Positions 61,701 to 64,000 of a stretch of 64,000 nucleotides of DNA are shown piece after piece. Below the pieces are notes generated by a model. It worked only from the letters and a program-made list of their open reading frames with translations, did no database searches and had not been told where the DNA came from. Source of the DNA: Podarcis muralis. Taxonomy: Eukaryota. The stretch covers positions 58,156,001 to 58,220,000 of the forward strand of contig NC_135658.1 in NCBI RefSeq assembly GCF_964188315.1, given 5' to 3'. The translations under genes and the position numbers were made by a program. Every line of letters begins with the position of its first letter. Position 1 is the first letter of the stretch.

Positions 61701-62988
61701 GAGTGAAGATCAATCAATGTCTGATTTTTGCTTTCGTGTGTTTTCATATGTTGTATCAACTTGATGTGGTTCCATCATCAATCACACAAGCAGATTGTGG
61801 GCAATGGCAAATGTAAAAATCAGAGGAACAGAGGATCGTTTATAAGCAAATTGCAGGAATGACCCATTTCCAGGAAACATTTTAGCGGCAGCAGCTTTTA
61901 GGATTGCTCCACGAACAGCTTCAAGATGCAAACAAGTGTCCAGTGGAGAAATATATATGAAAAGATCCCTATGTGCAACCAGGCTGCACAGTTTACTTCC
62001 TCGGGTGCAGTACAGTGAGGGAGCATTCTTAGAAAGGTGGCTTGGTCAGGACAAGTGGTGTTGGAAACTGCTGCCAGTATACTGGGAAGACAAGGATACA
62101 AAAGGACATATGCATGTGTATAATGGACTTGCAAGCAAAGATGCAGTAAATGGACCAGTGACCAAGGATACAGCTAAAACTGATTTGTGTATGTAAGAGT
62201 TGGTTTCTCCCCTGCATCTCTGTGGGCATTTAGCTTCAGCAGGGGGACCCAAGAGTTCCAAATCACACACTCCATTTTAACCCTTTGAAGCTAAATAAGG
62301 ATTAGCTGTTAACTCTGGGAAGCTGTACCAGTATCCAAGAGGACATGAAATGGTTGAGAGTGCAAGCTTGCAACAAACCAAGAATCTTCTGCCAAAGGAC
62401 TTGTACAGAGCAAGCTACAGGCCAAATTATTATTTTTTAAGTCTACTCTCCAGCTGACAGTGATATTAAAGGCTACTGCCCCATTCTCTATTCTAGTGCT
62501 GCCACTGAGTTACACAGTTCTTGTGAATATGAAAAGAAAAAAGAAGAACAATCTGATTCCTTTGCTTAAAAGTTTTCCAGTTTCATATGCCACTTTTGCT
62601 GGGCACTCTTCACTTTTTGGTTCTTTGGAGTTTACTGGTCCTCTCTTGCATTCGCTTCTGTCTTGCAATATATTAGCAAATACTTTAGAATAATATAACG
62701 TTGTTTTCCCAGTTCTTGTCTCTGTTACTGTCCCTCAGGACTCAGTTCTTGGCCACCTTTTCTCTCTCTGGTTTCTTTAGTCTACAGACTTGATTAATTT
62801 ATTTTGGCTTGCAGTATCATTGTGATGCTGATGAGAATTCAGCTCTTTTTCTCCTCTTCCTCTTCTCATTCCAACTGTCTTACAGTTATTTCTATTTGGA
62901 TATTGGATAATAATTTTAAAATACTCAAAGGAGAAAATTTGTGCCATCCTCCTATCCCCCACCAAACCAATGGTTGGAACTCATGATA

Positions 62989-63288
62989 GGAATCTGGATA
63001 GCTCAATTGGTTAGAGCACGGTGCTGATAAGGCCAAGGTTGCAGGTTTCATCCCCATATCGGACAGCTGCATGTTCCTACATTGCACGGGGTTGGACTAG
63101 TTCAGGCACCCCCAACCTTTAGCCCTCCAGATGTTTTGGACTACAATTCCCATCACCCCTGACCACTGGTCCTGTTAGCTAGGGCTCATGGGAGTTGTAG
63201 GCCAAAACATCTGGAGGGCCACAGGTTGGGGATGCCTGGACTAGTTGGTCCTCAAGGTCCCTTCCAACTCTACAATTCTATGATTCTA
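62989..63288 (+). mobile_element. tRNA(Ile)-headed, CR1-tailed SINE (POM-SINE-like), split by a MITE
   Basis: Head TAGCTCAATTGGTTAGAGCACGGTGCTGATAAGGCCAAGGTTGCAGGTTTCATCCCC resembles tRNA-Ile(AAT). Continues into the CR1 3' tail 'gggttggactag...ggtcccttccaactctacaattctatgattcta'. Confidence 0.8.
63103..63238. mobile_element. Palindromic hAT-type MITE nested in the SINE
   Basis: CAGGCACCCCCAACC ... GGTTGGGGATGCCTG with a perfect 8-bp TSD GACTAGTT. Confidence 0.92.
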
Positions 63289-64000
63289 TATCCCTCCAGT
63301 TGCTGGACTCTTATTTACTATCAGCTGCAACCAACATTAGCAACGGATGATAGGTGTTGTAGTCCAACAACATCTGAAAGGCAACAGACGTTCCCCTGCT
63401 CTAAACACTTTGTTATCCTTCTCCCTCATAAGATAACATCCCTCTTCAGTTTCTCAGCTAGTTAAGGCTTTAGGGGTGATAGCCCTTTCATTCTTGCATC
63501 ACATTACTCCTCTGGTTAATATCGGCTTGCAGGCATCCCATAGACATCTGGTTTGCCACTGTTAGAACAGAGTGCTAGAATAGATCAACCTTTGGCTTGA
63601 TCCAGTGGGGCTCTTATTTCTTAAGAACTTGGAATGTTAGTTCAGCTCCCAAATATTAAAAATTACAAAACATGTAATGGTAATATTTTATGATGGACCT
63701 ACACCACAAAAAGATAGTTGATAAATGCTTGTTTTTTTCTATGGAACTGTACACCATCACCCCTGGAATAAATTCTTCTAAACTATCAATTGCAATCAAA
63801 TGAAATATTTCAAAATACAAGTTATGAAATCCCAGGAGCCTGGCGTTGCAGGAACAGGAGACAGAACTTTAAGGATTTTGCTTCATAACTGCAATATCCC
63901 AAAAATTGGGATATGGTTTCTTGGAGAGGAAGTTGAATTTGGAAATCCTTATAAAGAGCAAATAAGCAGTTAGTACTACTGCTAGTTAATGAAGCACAAG

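Noticed and set aside
61936-62196. 86-aa ORF downstream of FUNDC1 considered as EFHC2, the next gene in human synteny
   Set aside because: No resemblance to the EFHC2 N-terminus and no CpG island or promoter.
62989-63062. tRNA-Ile-like sequence
   Set aside because: Degenerate acceptor stem and B box, and it runs directly into a CR1-derived tail, so it is a SINE head rather than a tRNA gene.
1-64000. CRISPR arrays, rRNA genes, miR-221/222
   Set aside because: None seen. This is eukaryotic DNA, the regular repeats are microsatellites or transposon parts, and the miR-221/222 mature sequences were not found by eye.

Overview
Vertebrate genomic DNA, most likely a squamate and probably a lacertid lizard, inferred from Sauria SINEs, a tRNA/CR1-tailed POM-like SINE, young L2/CR1 copies and Tigger/hAT MITEs. 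Two conserved genes point away from each other: the 5' end of KDM6A/UTX (minus strand; promoter, 5'UTR, coding exons 1-2 and about 11 kb of intron 2) and a complete 5-exon FUNDC1 (plus strand, 156 aa). This is the same head-to-head order as human Xp11.3. The roughly 41-kb interval between them holds a second, unexplained CpG-island promoter (13.3-14.5 kb), many retro- and DNA-transposon fragments, and the standout feature: an apparently intact ~4.94-kb Ty1/copia LTR retrotransposon (38128-43068). It has a single 1354-aa gag-pol ORF with all catalytic motifs, LTRs identical by eye over 370 bp, a primer-binding site for the 5' half of initiator tRNA-Met, candidate splice sites for a gag-only RNA, and an aberrant left junction (no TG, no TSD). 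Most short ORFs in the supplied track are GC-island, repeat or chance ORFs. All family assignments come from recognition and recall, not database searches.
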